From NCBI GenBank assembly GCA_026023565.1, contig JAPETS010000002.1, positions 124,001-188,000 of the forward strand: 64,000 bases of DNA. Reading direction: 5' to 3'. This stretch comes from Cirrosporium novae-zelandiae. Lineage: Eukaryota. The position numbers and the translations under genes are program-made. Under the pieces are notes generated by a model. That model searched no databases, was not told the origin of the DNA, and saw only the letters and a program-made list of their open reading frames with translations. Every line of letters starts with the position of its first letter. Positions within the stretch are counted from its first letter, which is position 1. Of this stretch, positions 62,421 through 64,000 are shown in pieces.

Positions 62421-64000
62421 GTTCAGAGAGACTGACCTGTGCAGGCAATTCTTCTGGTGCAACCTCAACACGGTTATGTCTGGAGTTTCGGGCATCTACT
62501 TCTGGCATTATCTCCGGCTTATGCCAGCTTCTACTTCCTCCCTTCACATGGCTATGTTTATTGCTATGTGATTTGTGAGAGTTTTAAGGAGATATCCACC
62601 TAGCGATGCCTTTTCAGCAGTTTCTCTCTTACATCAAAAGTTTCGCTTTCGGATCAAAGGGTAACGGCGGATACTGGATGGAACAACAAATTGTATTCGG
62701 TCTATCGGCGCTTCGTCCAGGTTGTATCACCTAACAAACGGTCGTTCTGGCAGGATTTCCTTTTTATTCAATGGTCAGGTCGGTCAGATCAGCACGGGTT
62801 CAGTCGAAGAACATCTGGGATTATGTCATTCAGCCACACACTGTATTCTTTCGGTAGTCAGCTTTCTCCTCCAGTTCGGCTTTCAGCAAAGAAAAGAAAA
62901 CGCTATCAGCAACTTAACGCTGTCAAGCCGACATAACATCCGCCGTAATATTCCTGGTCTAGTCGTCGCATTCTGTCGCAAATTTGAGCCGCCTTGCACC
63001 TCATCGTAATCGCTATGCAATAATATGTTCGCTTTTCGCCTCGCCATCACCTATAGTGAATGAATCGATGCCAGGCGACTCCAACTATCTGCAACCATGT
63101 AGTGGTCGGATGAGCTCTTCATCAACATATTTATCCAACATCATGTTCACCTTAGTCGACAGTCTCGCATTTAATCGGAAGTCTGTCTGCCAATTCATAC
63201 CTACTTTTTGAAGCTTTGGAGGTGCGTACATTTCGGTATTTTTTCCCTGCCTTAATTTGTTGGCACAGTTTTGTAGTCTCTTGATCATTTTGTGAAACCC
63301 CATCTTTGTGTGCTCTCGCAGAAGAACAGTAAAACGGCTATGTGCCTAATGATAGGTTTATGCGCCTCGGCCAATCACTAACCTCAGCCTTGTGTTTTGT
63401 CTAGCCCAGGTTCAGATGTGGCGTCGATGTGGACAATTCTACTGTGCCCTCTCTGACCTTCCTGCCTCATTGCATACCTGTGTTTGGTCTTGCTTCTACC
63501 TATGAAGATTCCTGTAATGGTGAACTTTTCGCTTATTGTGATGCTAAATACTCTTCGTGAGAGTACCTGAATTCTGCATGTCTTATGCATATGCCCGGAT
63601 ACCTAAGACCTGCATATTGCAACGGATGCCTGCTGCGAACGAGACTTTGTTATTGTGGCATACCTGCTATGTGACTTCTCATTACCTTGAGGGATAATGC
63701 TACTGCAGATACTTCTGTACTGTGATGTATTACTCCTAAAAATTAGATCTACTATCCAGATCACCTAAAGCTCATTGCCTCTCTTTGCTGTTGCTTACAT
63801 ATGTTTAAGCCATCTCACTATTAGTATATGGCATTGCGTTATAGATGAAGAGTGGGTACTAGTCTAGCTTAGAGATAGTTGATTATTGGTTTATTCTATC
63901 TATACATGTACATGATAACTAGATTAACACTCTGGCCTCATTATTCTGTAATATCAAAAAGTAGACTTTGGGTTCTAATATTTCATAGGCGAACAACTTG

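Noticed and set aside
62041..62571. 176-aa alternative-frame ORF over the last exon of the RRM gene
   Set aside because: Shadow frame of RD/GY-rich codons; the splice phase selects the DDFRGHRGG frame.
1..64000. Telomerase RNA template, CRISPR array, intact transposon, or TGA-CTA readthrough peroxisomal signals
   Set aside because: No CTAACCCTAA-type template, no repeat-spacer array, no RT/integrase/transposase motif, and none of the stop codons inspected had the TGA CTA context. The search was by eye only.

Overview
Eukaryotic DNA from a filamentous ascomycete (Pezizomycotina, probably Eurotiomycetes; judged from GT..CTRAY..YAG introns of 45-140 nt and Aspergillus-like protein sequences). 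Positions 1-16.4 kb are a microsatellite-rich stretch with no recognisable gene, upstream of an R2R3-Myb gene of the FlbD type. Positions 16.4-62.4 kb hold 17 intact genes, most rebuilt by hand from splice signals: FlbD-like Myb, NCBP3-like, LisH/WD40, ribosomal protein eL29 (absent from the ORF track), peroxisomal ADP/ATP carrier Ant1, calpain PalB, cystinosin, two C2H2 factors, the Ca-binding Asp/Glu carrier Agc1, a 127-aa unknown, a Myb/SANT protein, Qri7, a butanediol-dehydrogenase-like MDR enzyme, a 106-aa four-exon unknown, Nto1, and a Tra2-like RRM protein. There is also a decayed cis-aconitate-decarboxylase-like (MmgE/PrpD) pseudogene. I found no tRNA, rRNA, snRNA, CRISPR array or recognisable transposon. 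The best leads are (1) the 127-aa protein combining a MAPK-docking-like motif, PxS/TP sites, SILK and RVxF motifs, a candidate MAPK-PP1 adaptor, (2) the CadA/IRG1-like pseudogene, and (3) the 106-aa protein ending in di-glycine. All are hypotheses from reading the sequence; family assignments come from remembered motifs, not database searches.
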